A stretch of DNA of 64,000 nucleotides from an uncultured Gammaproteobacteria bacterium (GTDB lineage Bacteria > Pseudomonadota > Gammaproteobacteria > Arenicellales > Poriferihabitantaceae). Shown piece by piece: positions 38,690 through 48,754 of the stretch. The notes under the pieces are model-generated. The model was given only the letters and a program-made list of their open reading frames with translations. It made no database searches and was not told the DNA's origin. The number at the start of each line of letters is the position of its first letter. Positions within the stretch are counted from its first letter, which is position 1. Made by a program: the position numbers and the translations under genes. Where the stretch lies: NCBI GenBank assembly GCA_964403545.1, contig CAYOGN010000022.1, positions 15,495 through 79,494 of the forward strand, given 5' to 3'.

Positions 38690-40131
38690 TCCAGTGGATA
38701 ATTTCTCTGCCACGTAAGATAGTGCTGTATCTGGACACCTTGCCCCCCAAACGCGCAATACAGATAACGGTATATTGGGGAGTCATCAGCCTGTCAATGC
38801 TGCTGATTGGTTTTACCGCATTCTACCTGCAATTGATTCCAGCGCACATTGAGGCCGGGATAAACGAACTCTACCAGTCCCGGCCATGGATGAAATCGTT
38901 GATCACGGTAAATGGCAGGGACGTGATATTAAATGGTATTGTGCAGCCGAAACAGGTGCAGCAAAGGGATATCAGCCGGATGCGTTCGGTGCCAGGTGTA
39001 CGCCAGGTGCGCAACAATCTGGTGGAGCAATCCAGCCCGTCAGTTGAAATTCGGATCAATCGAAGCGGGGGCCAAATTGATCTTCAGGGGAAACTGGCCG
39101 GTGCAGATCTTGATCGGGTACTCAATGCAGTCTATTCCGCTTATCCCGACGATGGAATCCACGACGGGATAAGGATCGATGATCGCCTGGGGCGACCATT
39201 GTGGCTCGATGGGCTGGAGCAGAGCCTCGGGTCATTGCAACCGCTGACCGAGTTTAACCTCTACGGGTGGTTCGATGTACTATTGGTCGATGGGTTCGCC
39301 AGCTCTGCCATGCTGGCAAAAAGGATTCAATACGCTTTGCCCGCGGGACTTCATCCAGGCGTTCAAATTGACTATCAGGTGCGAGAAACAGAGCCAGAAA
39401 ATTATCCAACACTGTCGTTGTTCTCCGGATGGAACGGGGCGGCGCTTTCCGGCTCAGTACCTGATGACATCATTGAGCGATCATTGAGCCGGGGATTCAG
39501 CGAGTTGGTGTCCGAGATCCGAGATGAACATTTCACCAGGCTGGTCAAGGTCAATCCGGTGCTGGAACGAACCCTGGAAATGGCACTTGTTGCGAGACTG
39601 ATTCCTGCGTTGGTTCAGGTTCATGATCTGAGGCTGGAATCCAGTGGTACAGGATTTAACCTTTCGGGCCGGGTAGATTCGAGCAGGCAGCTGGGATTAC
39701 TGGTAACCGCAATCGATAAATCTGGTTTGGGTACACGACTTGAAAACCGGATTTTTATCGACTCGGCAAATCGCAAACCTGAAATTTCCATTTTTCGTGA
39801 TCGACAAAGAGCCGTTATCACTGGACGCCTGCCCAGCCACCGGGCCCGGGTCGACCTGTTGGCAGCAATGGAGGAGGCTTTGGGGGTTGAGCAGATAGAT
39901 GAATTTATCAATATTGAACCCAATATTGCCTATAGTAGATGGCTCAATCGATGGTTCATGTTATTTTCGACAATGCCTGAAACGGTGTTTGGCCTGACCG
40001 TATCCGGAGATGGAGTGATGGTCAGTGGGCAGGTATCCAGCACCAGTCATGGGCAGGATATCGAGCGTGCGCTAGGATCAATATTTCCGAATCTGCGACA
40101 GGTAAACTGGCTAACCGTTACCCCGAATTGA
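38686..40131 (+). CDS. Membrane-anchored protein with BON-like repeats, hypothetical
   Basis: The GTG start overlaps the upstream stop (GTGA). One TM helix is present. The segment ISRMRSVPGVRQVRNNLV resembles a BON domain, and similar V.G.V segments recur. Confidence 0.5.
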   Translation: MIQWIISLPRKIVLYLDTLPPKRAIQITVYWGVISLSMLLIGFTAFYLQLIPAHIEAGINELYQSRPWMKSLITVNGRDVILNGIVQPKQVQQRDISRMRSVPGVRQVRNNLVEQSSPSVEIRINRSGGQIDLQGKLAGADLDRVLNAVYSAYPDDGIHDGIRIDDRLGRPLWLDGLEQSLGSLQPLTEFNLYGWFDVLLVDGFASSAMLAKRIQYALPAGLHPGVQIDYQVRETEPENYPTLSLFSGWNGAALSGSVPDDIIERSLSRGFSELVSEIRDEHFTRLVKVNPVLERTLEMALVARLIPALVQVHDLRLESSGTGFNLSGRVDSSRQLGLLVTAIDKSGLGTRLENRIFIDSANRKPEISIFRDRQRAVITGRLPSHRARVDLLAAMEEALGVEQIDEFINIEPNIAYSRWLNRWFMLFSTMPETVFGLTVSGDGVMVSGQVSSTSHGQDIERALGSIFPNLRQVNWLTVTPN

Positions 40132-40333
40132 ACAAATTTCTGAATCTGTAGCCAAACTACTTACATCCCTGACACAGACTTTTAATCGATGGTTTATTTG
40201 CTGAGTGAAATAGGTTTTGGATTGGTGACCATGGTGGTGGCTGGCTTTTGTCTTGGCTGGGTGGTACGCGGAATTCGTGAGCGAATCCACAACGGTCGCA
40301 GCGAAGATTGAACGGTCAATCCGAAATGACATA

Positions 40334-41131
40334 ATGCTGACTAAAATACGCAGATCCATAGGCAGGGGGCTAGCCAACTATCTGACCAAAGATCTCAAAG
40401 GCTACAAAAGCTTTTCCAGCCACGAGTCGCCGAGATTGCAGCAGTTTCTTGAGCCCGGCGATATTTTACTGGTGGAGGGAAATACCCGAATCAGCAGTGC
40501 GATCAAATACCTTACCCAGTCCACCTGGTCTCACGCAGCTTTTTATGCCGGAGACATCACCAACCAGTTTACCAGCGAAGGAGAGCCGTGCCCTCTGATC
40601 GAGGCTGAAATCGGCAAAGGGGTTATTACCTCCCCGCTGTCTCGTTATCATACGTTGAACACACGTATATGTCGGCCATTGGCGCTAACCGAACGGGACC
40701 GGAAAAGACTTGTCGGCAACATGATGTCAGCACTGGGCAAAGATTATGACCTCAAACATATTTTTGACCTTGCACGATATCTGTTTCCAACACCGCCCAT
40801 CCCGGTACGTTTTCGCCGCCGCCTGCTTGCCCTTGGTAGCGGAGATCCCTCCCGTGCGATTTGCTCAACGCTAATCGCAGAGTCCTATCAAATGATCCAC
40901 TACCCAATACTGCCAACTATTGAATCAACCCTGTCGGTCGGGCACAACTGGTTTATCGAAAAAGAAATTTTACACATCCGTCACCATACCCTGTTTACTC
41001 CTCGTGATTTTGATGTGTCGCCATTTTTTCGCATCGTTAAACCGACGGTAGAAGCCGGGTTTGACTACCAGGAGCTGGATTTACGCAATCCGGATCCCGA
41101 GAACCTTGCTGCCCCGGAGCAGGGGCTCTGA
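40334..41131 (+). CDS. YiiX/YaeF-like permuted papain-fold (NlpC/P60 clan) protein
   Basis: GDILLVEG ... STWSHAAFY and a later ICSTLIAESY (candidate catalytic Cys). The ATG is at 40334. Confidence 0.5.
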   Translation: MLTKIRRSIGRGLANYLTKDLKGYKSFSSHESPRLQQFLEPGDILLVEGNTRISSAIKYLTQSTWSHAAFYAGDITNQFTSEGEPCPLIEAEIGKGVITSPLSRYHTLNTRICRPLALTERDRKRLVGNMMSALGKDYDLKHIFDLARYLFPTPPIPVRFRRRLLALGSGDPSRAICSTLIAESYQMIHYPILPTIESTLSVGHNWFIEKEILHIRHHTLFTPRDFDVSPFFRIVKPTVEAGFDYQELDLRNPDPENLAAPEQGL

Positions 41132-41162
41132 TGCATACGATCGATTTAATATACGGCGCCAG

Positions 41163-42158
41163 TTAATGCGTAAAACCTGAACTGCCGAGTAGATGTTCCT
41201 GATAGGCGTCGAATGATCCCCATGGGGAATCTTCCAGCAGTAAGTTGGCAAATTCACGAATATTCTGCGGGCGTTTGTCGATTTCCAGCTCCAATGCCCA
41301 CTTCAGTGCCTTAATAACTGATGTCGAAACATTTTTATCGGCACCCTTGAGTTTTAATTCGCGTTCCTTTTGTTCCCGTCGAAGCGATGTGGGTGGAGGC
41401 CGACCGGTAATGCATGCGTAGATGGTGGCGCCAATTGCATAGACATCTGATCCCGGACCCATTTCCTTTTTATGGTGCTGCTCCGGTGGTGCAAACCCCG
41501 GGGTTAAGGTCTGAAAGCTGCTGAATCGTTCCTGTCGGCTCATGGCTTTGCTGGCACCAAAGTCGAGTAAAAGAGGGCCGCCGACGGTACGCAGTAAAAT
41601 GTTTGCCGGCTTGATATCAAGATGCAGAATACCATGCTTATGCAGCATGTCGATGCCGGATATAATTGGGGGCATCACTTTTTGAATAAATTGCTGATCA
41701 AGATCTCCCTGGGATCGTTTTATCATCCAGCGAAGGTCCTTTCCCGGCTGCAACTTCGACACCATGTAAGCGGTGCTATTGCTTCTGAATACGTTGATAA
41801 TATTTATTACGTGAGGGTGGGATATCTTTGACAGTGCGTGTGCTTCCGCAAAGAATTGCTGCATACCAATGTCAAAAGCAGGTTTCTTTTTACGGTTGAT
41901 AGGGATAATTTCATTGCCCTCCCCCCGTTTGGCCAGCAGGTTTGGGAAATACTCTTTGAGTACCACGCTCTCACCAAGTGTGGCGTCAAATGCACGGTAA
42001 ATAATGCTGAAACCACCACCGCCAATAACTCCTTCGACCAGGTAATTTTCGATAGACTCGCCAGACCTGATTGGATAACGCCGGTAGTTTTCCCTGGAAT
42101 TATCCCTCTCAGCGGGTTCGTCTGATTTTTTCGGATGTTTCTTGTTAAATATTCCCAT
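41163..42158 (-). CDS. Hanks-type serine/threonine protein kinase, catalytic domain only
   Basis: IGGGGFSIIYRA (Gly loop), VVLKEY (Lys), HLDIKPANILL, LLDFGASK and APPE. Confidence 0.85.
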   Translation of the reverse strand: MGIFNKKHPKKSDEPAERDNSRENYRRYPIRSGESIENYLVEGVIGGGGFSIIYRAFDATLGESVVLKEYFPNLLAKRGEGNEIIPINRKKKPAFDIGMQQFFAEAHALSKISHPHVINIINVFRSNSTAYMVSKLQPGKDLRWMIKRSQGDLDQQFIQKVMPPIISGIDMLHKHGILHLDIKPANILLRTVGGPLLLDFGASKAMSRQERFSSFQTLTPGFAPPEQHHKKEMGPGSDVYAIGATIYACITGRPPPTSLRREQKERELKLKGADKNVSTSVIKALKWALELEIDKRPQNIREFANLLLEDSPWGSFDAYQEHLLGSSGFTH

Positions 42159-42447
42159 TTAGTAAAAGGGCAAATTGTATATCGAGGCAATTTTTGTCCA
42201 GAGGCGTTGGCTATCGGGAAACAATCTTGCTGATTATGAATACACAACTCCCATTCGCATAGTATCAGATAGCCTGAATTTACCACAGTACAGCGGCCAC
42301 GTAATATTGACCGATCTGTAACCCTGGCAGTGTTCATGTTTTGATCAGCGGTTCCTCAATCGCCAGGAGCATATTTACAGCCAGACAAGAGATCAGGTTA
42401 ATTAGTTTGCTATAGTCCGGGGCTTTAATTTGGACCACTTGAATACC

Positions 42448-43314
42448 ATGATCGCCAGCATGACCGCTTTTTGTCGTTCCCAAACCGAATTGCCCGCAGG
42501 GTGCCTGGTGTGGGAAATTCGTAGTGTTAATCACCGCTACCTGGACGTACATCTCAAACTACCGGAACAATTGCGCTCTCTGGAATCCGGCTGCAGAGAA
42601 CTAATCAACGGCAGCCTGAATCGTGGTCGAATTGATGCCGCCCTCAAGTATGACCCCGGCAACTTCACCGGTGGAGGATTTACCATGAATGAGGCGATTC
42701 TGACCAGCCTGGGTGAATCGCTGGCAGTGGTCAAGGCCCGGATACCGGGCGCGGGTGCTACCGACCCTTGCGAAATACTGCGCTGGCCAGGAGTGCTGGA
42801 AAAGCCGGATGAAGATATTGACGGACTGATTCAATGCGCGCTAGGTGTGCTCGCCGGCGCACTCGATGAATTGATTGAGGTGCGACTGCGTGAAGGCTTG
42901 CGGTTGCAGCAGCTGGTCAGTGACCGTATCGCCACTGCGCGGGAAATTGTCAAAGACCTGAGGAGCGTGCTTCCGGAGATTGAACTGGATATCAAACAAC
43001 GCTGGCAACGCCGCCTCGATGAACTTGGAGACGAAGTTGACCCCTCAAGACTCAATCAGGAACTGGCACTGTTGTTAACCCGTATTGATGTGAGTGAAGA
43101 ACTGGATCGTCTTGATACCCATTTCGAAGAGGTAGAGCGGGTACTAACGGGCAGCAAGCCCGCGGGTCGCCGCCTTGACTTCCTGATGCAGGAGCTGAAT
43201 CGTGAAGCCAATACTCTGGGTGCCAAATCGGCGGATTTACGCAATACCAACGCTGCGGTGGATCTCAAGGTGCTAATCGATCAAATGCGTGAACAAGTTC
43301 AGAATATAGAATAG
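42448..43314 (+). CDS. yicC: YicC-family stress-induced protein
   Basis: MIASMTAF start, as in E. coli MIRSMTAY. WEIRSVNHRYLD and C-terminal LMQELNREANTLGAKS. Confidence 0.85.
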   Translation: MIASMTAFCRSQTELPAGCLVWEIRSVNHRYLDVHLKLPEQLRSLESGCRELINGSLNRGRIDAALKYDPGNFTGGGFTMNEAILTSLGESLAVVKARIPGAGATDPCEILRWPGVLEKPDEDIDGLIQCALGVLAGALDELIEVRLREGLRLQQLVSDRIATAREIVKDLRSVLPEIELDIKQRWQRRLDELGDEVDPSRLNQELALLLTRIDVSEELDRLDTHFEEVERVLTGSKPAGRRLDFLMQELNREANTLGAKSADLRNTNAAVDLKVLIDQMREQVQNIE

Positions 43315-43382
43315 AATACGGCCCCCCGCGTTGGACGAAACCGCCACCCAACCTGGCTATAGCTCTACTTTCAACGGACCAT

Positions 43383-43940
43383 ATGAACGCACCCGGTGTA
43401 CTTATCCTGTCTGCTCCGTCCGGTGCTGGCAAGACCAGCCTCGCGCTGGCGCTGGTCGGTGCCCGCGAGGACGTTGGGCTAACAGTTTCTCATACTACCA
43501 GGAGCCAGCGTCCCGGAGAAGTAGATGGTGTTCACTATCATTTTGTTGATCAGGCGACGTTTGAGCAAATGATCAGAGGAGACCTTTTTGTCGAGTATGC
43601 CAGGGTTTTTGACCATTATTACGGTACCTCTGTGGATGCGATCAGTGAGCAGATTTCAACGGGAAAACATGCCATACTGGACATCGATTGGCAGGGCGCT
43701 CGAAAGGTGCGGCAAAAATTCCCTGATGCGCTTTCTATTTTCGTTATGCCGCCTTCTCTGGAAGCGTTGGAACAACGCTTGCGCGATCGAAACCAGGACA
43801 GCGATGAAGTGATCGCGCGGCGTATGGGTGATGCGAAAAGTGAAATCAGTCATAAGGAGGAATACGATCGAATTCTGATAAACGATGATTTCGACCGGAC
43901 GCTGTCGGATCTAAATGCTGCGCTGAATGCATTGACTTAA
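43383..43940 (+). CDS. gmk: Guanylate kinase
   Basis: SAPSGAGKTSL P-loop, TTR..R.GE..G..Y.F, and a position before rpoZ. Confidence 0.95.
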   Translation: MNAPGVLILSAPSGAGKTSLALALVGAREDVGLTVSHTTRSQRPGEVDGVHYHFVDQATFEQMIRGDLFVEYARVFDHYYGTSVDAISEQISTGKHAILDIDWQGARKVRQKFPDALSIFVMPPSLEALEQRLRDRNQDSDEVIARRMGDAKSEISHKEEYDRILINDDFDRTLSDLNAALNALT

Positions 43941-44042
43941 CAAAAGCACCTTAACCCGCTGGCGGTCCGGAATTATTCCGGGCGGCCATCGAACCCCCCA
44001 AAATTTGGTAACATTCAACAATTGCTCTAAGAGGAAAATCAA

Positions 44043-44399
44043 ATGGCAAGAATTACAGTCACGGACTGTCTCGAACACGTCGACAATCGTTTTCAACTGG
44101 TACTGGTGGCAACCAAGCGTGCCCGACAGCTTATCCTGGGCGCCGAACCCCACGTGCCGACGGAAAATGACAAACCTACAGTGGTTGCCCTGAGGGAAAT
44201 CGCTGAAGGGTTTATTGGTCCTTCCATTCTGGAAGAGGAAACCTCAATTCCGGAACTCAATTTTGGTGAAAACATTGATGGCGAAGACCAACCTTCTGTC
44301 AGCGACGAAACTGAAACCGGGGATCAGATCGATCTGGAAGTCAGTAAATTGATCACTGAAGCCGGGATCACAAAAGCGGAAAGTACGGAAACTAATTGA
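44043..44399 (+). CDS. rpoZ: RNA polymerase omega subunit with extended acidic tail
   Basis: [30 protein letters not shown]. 118 aa. Confidence 0.9.
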   Translation: MARITVTDCLEHVDNRFQLVLVATKRARQLILGAEPHVPTENDKPTVVALREIAEGFIGPSILEEETSIPELNFGENIDGEDQPSVSDETETGDQIDLEVSKLITEAGITKAESTETN

Positions 44400-44448
44400 A
44401 TTATCTGCTTTCATCAATGGTTTCTGATCGGGTTAATACCCCGCGCTG

Positions 44449-46638
44449 ATGCCACTGCCTGAAGGCCTTTTGTTCAAACGCAGGGCCGCTACCTCGCACC
44501 GGCCACTGGTAAAAAAACTGTTGAAAAACCTGGGGCAATATATGGACCCGGGGCTGCTCAGAGATATTGAGGCCGCTTGCGAGTTTGGTGCAGAGGCTCA
44601 TCAGGGGCAGACTCGTCAAAGTGGTGAGGCTTATATTTCCCACCCGGTAGCGGTGGCAGAAATCCTTGGCAGTATGCGGATGGACAGTCGTACCATTATC
44701 GCTGCCATTCTCCATGATGTGGTGGAAGACACCGATATCACCGTGGACGAGATTGCCACCAGGTTCGGTGATGACGTAGCCCACCTTGTGGACGGTGTAA
44801 GTAAAGTCAGTCAGCTGGAAGTTGACTCCAAGGAAAATGCCGAGGCAGCATCTTTTCGCAAGATGTTTATGGCTATGGCCAGAGATATCCGGGTGATTAT
44901 CATCAAATTGAGTGATCGCCTGCATAACATGCGTACCCTGGGTTCACTCAGCGATGACAAGCGCGCCCGTATTTCACGCCAAACCCTGGAGATATATGCC
45001 GCCATTGCCAACCGTATTGGTATGCGTGAACTGGCGGGGACCCTCGAAGACCTGGCGCTACAAAATTTGTATCCGAAGCGCTATAACGCCATTCAAAAAA
45101 TGATGCGGACCAACAAACGGGGTCGAAAATCCGTCATCGAGCAGGTTTGTTCACAAATCCAGTCTACCCTGGAAAGAAACCAGATACACGCAGAAGTGGT
45201 GGGGCGGGAAAAAAATATCTATAGTATTTATCGAAAAGCATTAAAGAAAAAGAAAATTCAGCTCCGTGACGTCCATGATATCTACGCCATTCGAGTCATC
45301 ACCGAAAACCGTAACCAGTGCTACCTGGCATTCGGGGTAATACACAAGATATATAAACCGCGCCCGGGCACTTTCAAGGACTATATCGCTATTCCTAAAA
45401 CCAATGGTTACCAGTCGCTGCACACATCGGTTCTTGGCCCATATGGCCAGCCAGTGGAAATTCAGATTCGCAGCCGCTCCATGCACCGGGCCGCAGAAGC
45501 AGGAGTTGCCAGCCACTGGATTTATAAAACTGATACCGCCGACGAAGACGTCCCGCAGCAACTTGCACAAAAATGGCTCAGCAGCTTTATGGAATCACAG
45601 GAAATGTCCGCAGACTCCGGTGAGTTCATTGAACATCTGAAAGCCGATCTGTACCCTGATGAGGTTTTTGTTTTTACCCCTAAAGGAGATATCAAACGCT
45701 TGCCACGCGACTCCACGGCACTGGATTTTGCCTATGCAGTGCATTCAGCTGTTGGTAATCGATGCAAGGGTGCCATGATCGATCAACAACTGGTTCCACT
45801 CCATGAAAAACTGCACAATGGTAATAATATTGAAATTCTGACTTCACCTCGGGCACGTCCCACCCCGGGCTGGCTGAATTTTGTCGTCACCTCCAAGGCC
45901 CGGGTAGCGATCCGGCAATACCTGAATAAGCAGAAAGGAAAACAATCACTCAAACTTGGCCAGAAACTGTTGAAGAAAGCCCTGTGGGATCAGGGTTACT
46001 GGCGATTGCGTATTCCCAGCAATCATAAAATAATTCTGCTCGATGCACTGAATCTGAAAGACTGGCCGGAATTACTGACAGATATCGGATTTGGTAAACG
46101 GCTTGCACCACTGGTGGCCAAGCAAATGATTGCAGAGGTGATGGAACCGGGAGAAAAAGATATCAAAAGGCGTCAACCCAGGGGCCAGAAACATCATGGA
46201 ATGATGACCATAGAAGGCACTGAAGGTCTCCTCGTCAACTATGCCAAATGTTGCTTCCCGATTCCTGATGACCGCATTATTGGAACCACTACCAAGGATC
46301 GTGGCCTCGTTATTCATCGCCTTCGCTGCCCCAATGCCCGAGGTATCATGAAGCATCCGGATCAATATTTTCATCTTAACTGGTCGGAAGATACCCATGG
46401 TGTTTTCGAAGTAATGCTGAAACTCGAAAGCCATAACCAACCCGGTGTATTGTCAGAAATTTCCAATACTATAGCGTCCCATGAGTCCAATATAAACAAG
46501 CTCAACGTTGAGGAAATGTCAGGCAATATTTCCCGCATGTCGTTTGTGATAGAGGTTAAAAATCGCAAACAGGTCGCTGATATAATGCGAGAGCTTCATG
46601 CCAGCGAGCCCGTAATTAAAGTTTCCCGGTCGAAATAG
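44449..46638 (+). CDS. spoT: Bifunctional (p)ppGpp synthetase/hydrolase
   Basis: HD domain (HQGQTRQSGEAYISHP, HDVVEDT), synthetase, TGS and ACT regions. The exact start is uncertain. Confidence 0.9.
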   Translation: MPLPEGLLFKRRAATSHRPLVKKLLKNLGQYMDPGLLRDIEAACEFGAEAHQGQTRQSGEAYISHPVAVAEILGSMRMDSRTIIAAILHDVVEDTDITVDEIATRFGDDVAHLVDGVSKVSQLEVDSKENAEAASFRKMFMAMARDIRVIIIKLSDRLHNMRTLGSLSDDKRARISRQTLEIYAAIANRIGMRELAGTLEDLALQNLYPKRYNAIQKMMRTNKRGRKSVIEQVCSQIQSTLERNQIHAEVVGREKNIYSIYRKALKKKKIQLRDVHDIYAIRVITENRNQCYLAFGVIHKIYKPRPGTFKDYIAIPKTNGYQSLHTSVLGPYGQPVEIQIRSRSMHRAAEAGVASHWIYKTDTADEDVPQQLAQKWLSSFMESQEMSADSGEFIEHLKADLYPDEVFVFTPKGDIKRLPRDSTALDFAYAVHSAVGNRCKGAMIDQQLVPLHEKLHNGNNIEILTSPRARPTPGWLNFVVTSKARVAIRQYLNKQKGKQSLKLGQKLLKKALWDQGYWRLRIPSNHKIILLDALNLKDWPELLTDIGFGKRLAPLVAKQMIAEVMEPGEKDIKRRQPRGQKHHGMMTIEGTEGLLVNYAKCCFPIPDDRIIGTTTKDRGLVIHRLRCPNARGIMKHPDQYFHLNWSEDTHGVFEVMLKLESHNQPGVLSEISNTIASHESNINKLNVEEMSGNISRMSFVIEVKNRKQVADIMRELHASEPVIKVSRSK

Positions 46639-46676
46639 TTACTACCCTCCTGGCGCCCTTTCAAGGTAATAATATT

Positions 46677-47153
46677 ATGAGCAAACACGCAGTTCTATTT
46701 GTCTGCCTGGGCAATATCTGCCGATCACCTACCGCTGAAGGTGTTTTTCGGCATAAGTTGAAAAACGCGAATTTATCCAGTGTTTTCGTCGTTGATTCTG
46801 CTGGAACAGGTCACTGGCATGTGGGAAGTCCTCCCGATCAGCGCGCCCAGGAAACTGCAAGGCAACGTGGTATCGATATCAGTAATCTGCGGGGGCGTCA
46901 GGTAAACGATGATGATATGGAGCGATTTGACTACATCATCGCCATGGATCGGGCCAATCAGCAGCTATTACTGCAACGGGCGGGCCGCCAGTACCGGGAT
47001 AAAATTCACCTGATGCTGGAGTTTGCGGATGTTTACGATTTTAAGGACGTTCCCGACCCCTACTATGGCGGTGCAGGAGGGTTTGACCAGGTAATTGATC
47101 TGATCGAATGCGCCAGCGATGGATTACTCGAAACTATTTTGGCTCGTCAATGA
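46677..47153 (+). CDS. Low-molecular-weight protein tyrosine phosphatase
   Basis: VLFVCLGNICRSPTAEG (CX5R(S/T) loop) and DPYYG. Confidence 0.85.
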   Translation: MSKHAVLFVCLGNICRSPTAEGVFRHKLKNANLSSVFVVDSAGTGHWHVGSPPDQRAQETARQRGIDISNLRGRQVNDDDMERFDYIIAMDRANQQLLLQRAGRQYRDKIHLMLEFADVYDFKDVPDPYYGGAGGFDQVIDLIECASDGLLETILARQ

Positions 47154-47647
47154 CAGCCAGAGCTGCTGGCATCAGGATCGATATTGATATCGATTCACAG
47201 CTTCTGCGACTGACAGGTGTTAATGGTGGAAGCAGACAATACCCGGTTTCCACAGCAGCCAATGGTGTTGGCGAGCTAAATGGAAGCTTTCGAACACCAA
47301 GAGGGGAGCATGTCGTCCGGGCCATGATTGGCAACGATGCCCAACCTGGTACCATATTCGTTGGTCGTCGGCCTACTGGCGAAATTTATACCCCTGAAAT
47401 GCGTATCCAGTATCCCGATCGTGACTGGATATTGACCCGCATCCTCTGGTTGAGCGGTACCGAGCCGGGCTTTAACCGTCGCGGAGAAGTGGATACCATG
47501 CGCCGTTACATTTATATTCATGGCTCACCTGGGGATGTCGATATGAACAAGCCCGGTTCTGCCGGCTGCGTTCGAATGAGGAACGAGGACATTGTCGAAT
47601 TGTTCGACCTCGTGGAAGCAGGTGTTCCGGTTTGCATTCATGGCTGA
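47150..47647 (+). CDS. YkuD-fold L,D-transpeptidase family protein without signal peptide
   Basis: IHGSPG ... GSAGCVRMRNEDI catalytic motif. ATG 47150 overlaps the phosphatase stop (ATGA). The first 40 aa contain no hydrophobic leader. Confidence 0.8.
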   Translation: MTARAAGIRIDIDIDSQLLRLTGVNGGSRQYPVSTAANGVGELNGSFRTPRGEHVVRAMIGNDAQPGTIFVGRRPTGEIYTPEMRIQYPDRDWILTRILWLSGTEPGFNRRGEVDTMRRYIYIHGSPGDVDMNKPGSAGCVRMRNEDIVELFDLVEAGVPVCIHG

Positions 47648-48668
47648 GGCCTGGATCCAGATTCCACGAGGACCGATGATGGTGGATGTGGCCGGCTTCA
47701 CTCTGAGTGTGGAAGAACAGGAATTTCTCCAACATCCGGCAGTAGGTGCGGTAATTTTATTCAGTCGTAATTTTTCCTCAGTGCAGCAGGTCAGCGAATT
47801 GGTAACCCATATAAAATCGCTGCGAAATCCTGCATTGCTGGTGGCGGTGGATCAGGAAGGTGGCAGGGTGCAACGTTTTCGTCAAGGTTTCACCAATTTA
47901 CCGCCTCTGTTACGCCTCGGCCAGGCCTATGACTGCGAACCTTCGCGGTGGCACAATATGGCGTACAACACCGGTCGGTTGATGGCCGCGGAGTTACGCC
48001 AGATTGACGTTGACTTCAGTTTTGCGCCGGTACTGGATGTTGCCAACCTGCATAGCAAAATAATTGGCGACAGGGCTTTTCACCAGGATCCGGAAATTGT
48101 TGGAACCATTGCCACCAGCTATATTAACGGAATGAATAGTGCTGGCATGGAGGCCACCGGAAAACATTTTCCGGGGCACGGGGGGGTGTTGGCGGATTCA
48201 CACCTGGAAACACCGGTGGATTCCCGGGATCTCGATAATTTACTGAAAACAGATTTGCTGCCTTATTTTGAACTGGGTTCAAGGCTCGGGGCTGTGATGA
48301 CAGCACATATCAGTTTTCCGTCCGTCGATAACCAGTTACCAACATTTTCCGCATTCTGGATTGGTCACGTATTGCGTAAAACTGTTGGCTTCAATGGACT
48401 GGTGTTTAGTGATGACCTGTCAATGCAGGGTGCCCAGGTTGCCGGTGATCCGCAGCAACGCGTCAACAGTGCACTGGCTGCAGGTTGCGATATGGTGCTT
48501 ATCTGCAATGATCCGGACGTCGCCCGGGAAGCGGCTGAAAATCTCGGGTCAAACTATCTTCCAGATCAACAGAGACTGCAAAAGATGGCTGGTGCGGTAA
48601 TCAATGTGTCCTCAGATGAAATTGTGCGGTTAAGTGAGGAGGTAGCTTCGCTGATGGCCTCCGCCTGA
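47640..48668 (+). CDS. nagZ: Beta-N-acetylhexosaminidase (peptidoglycan recycling)
   Basis: VILFSRN, VAVDQEGGRVQRF and KHFPGHG. ATG 47640 overlaps the upstream gene by 8 nt. Confidence 0.9.
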   Translation: MAEAWIQIPRGPMMVDVAGFTLSVEEQEFLQHPAVGAVILFSRNFSSVQQVSELVTHIKSLRNPALLVAVDQEGGRVQRFRQGFTNLPPLLRLGQAYDCEPSRWHNMAYNTGRLMAAELRQIDVDFSFAPVLDVANLHSKIIGDRAFHQDPEIVGTIATSYINGMNSAGMEATGKHFPGHGGVLADSHLETPVDSRDLDNLLKTDLLPYFELGSRLGAVMTAHISFPSVDNQLPTFSAFWIGHVLRKTVGFNGLVFSDDLSMQGAQVAGDPQQRVNSALAAGCDMVLICNDPDVAREAAENLGSNYLPDQQRLQKMAGAVINVSSDEIVRLSEEVASLMASA

Positions 48669-48754
48669 GAATATGATATAACTATCTTGCTCCCGGCAGG
48701 GGCGTTAGAGATCTTACATCGTTGTTTGTTTCAACATATTACGAGGGCTTAGCT

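Noticed and set aside
41807-42337. 176-aa minus-strand ORF extending upstream of the kinase.
   Set aside because: It is out of frame with and overlaps the kinase N-terminus. The kinase frame carries all Hanks motifs.
44401-44925. 174-aa minus-strand ORF.
   Set aside because: It is antisense to the spoT HD domain.
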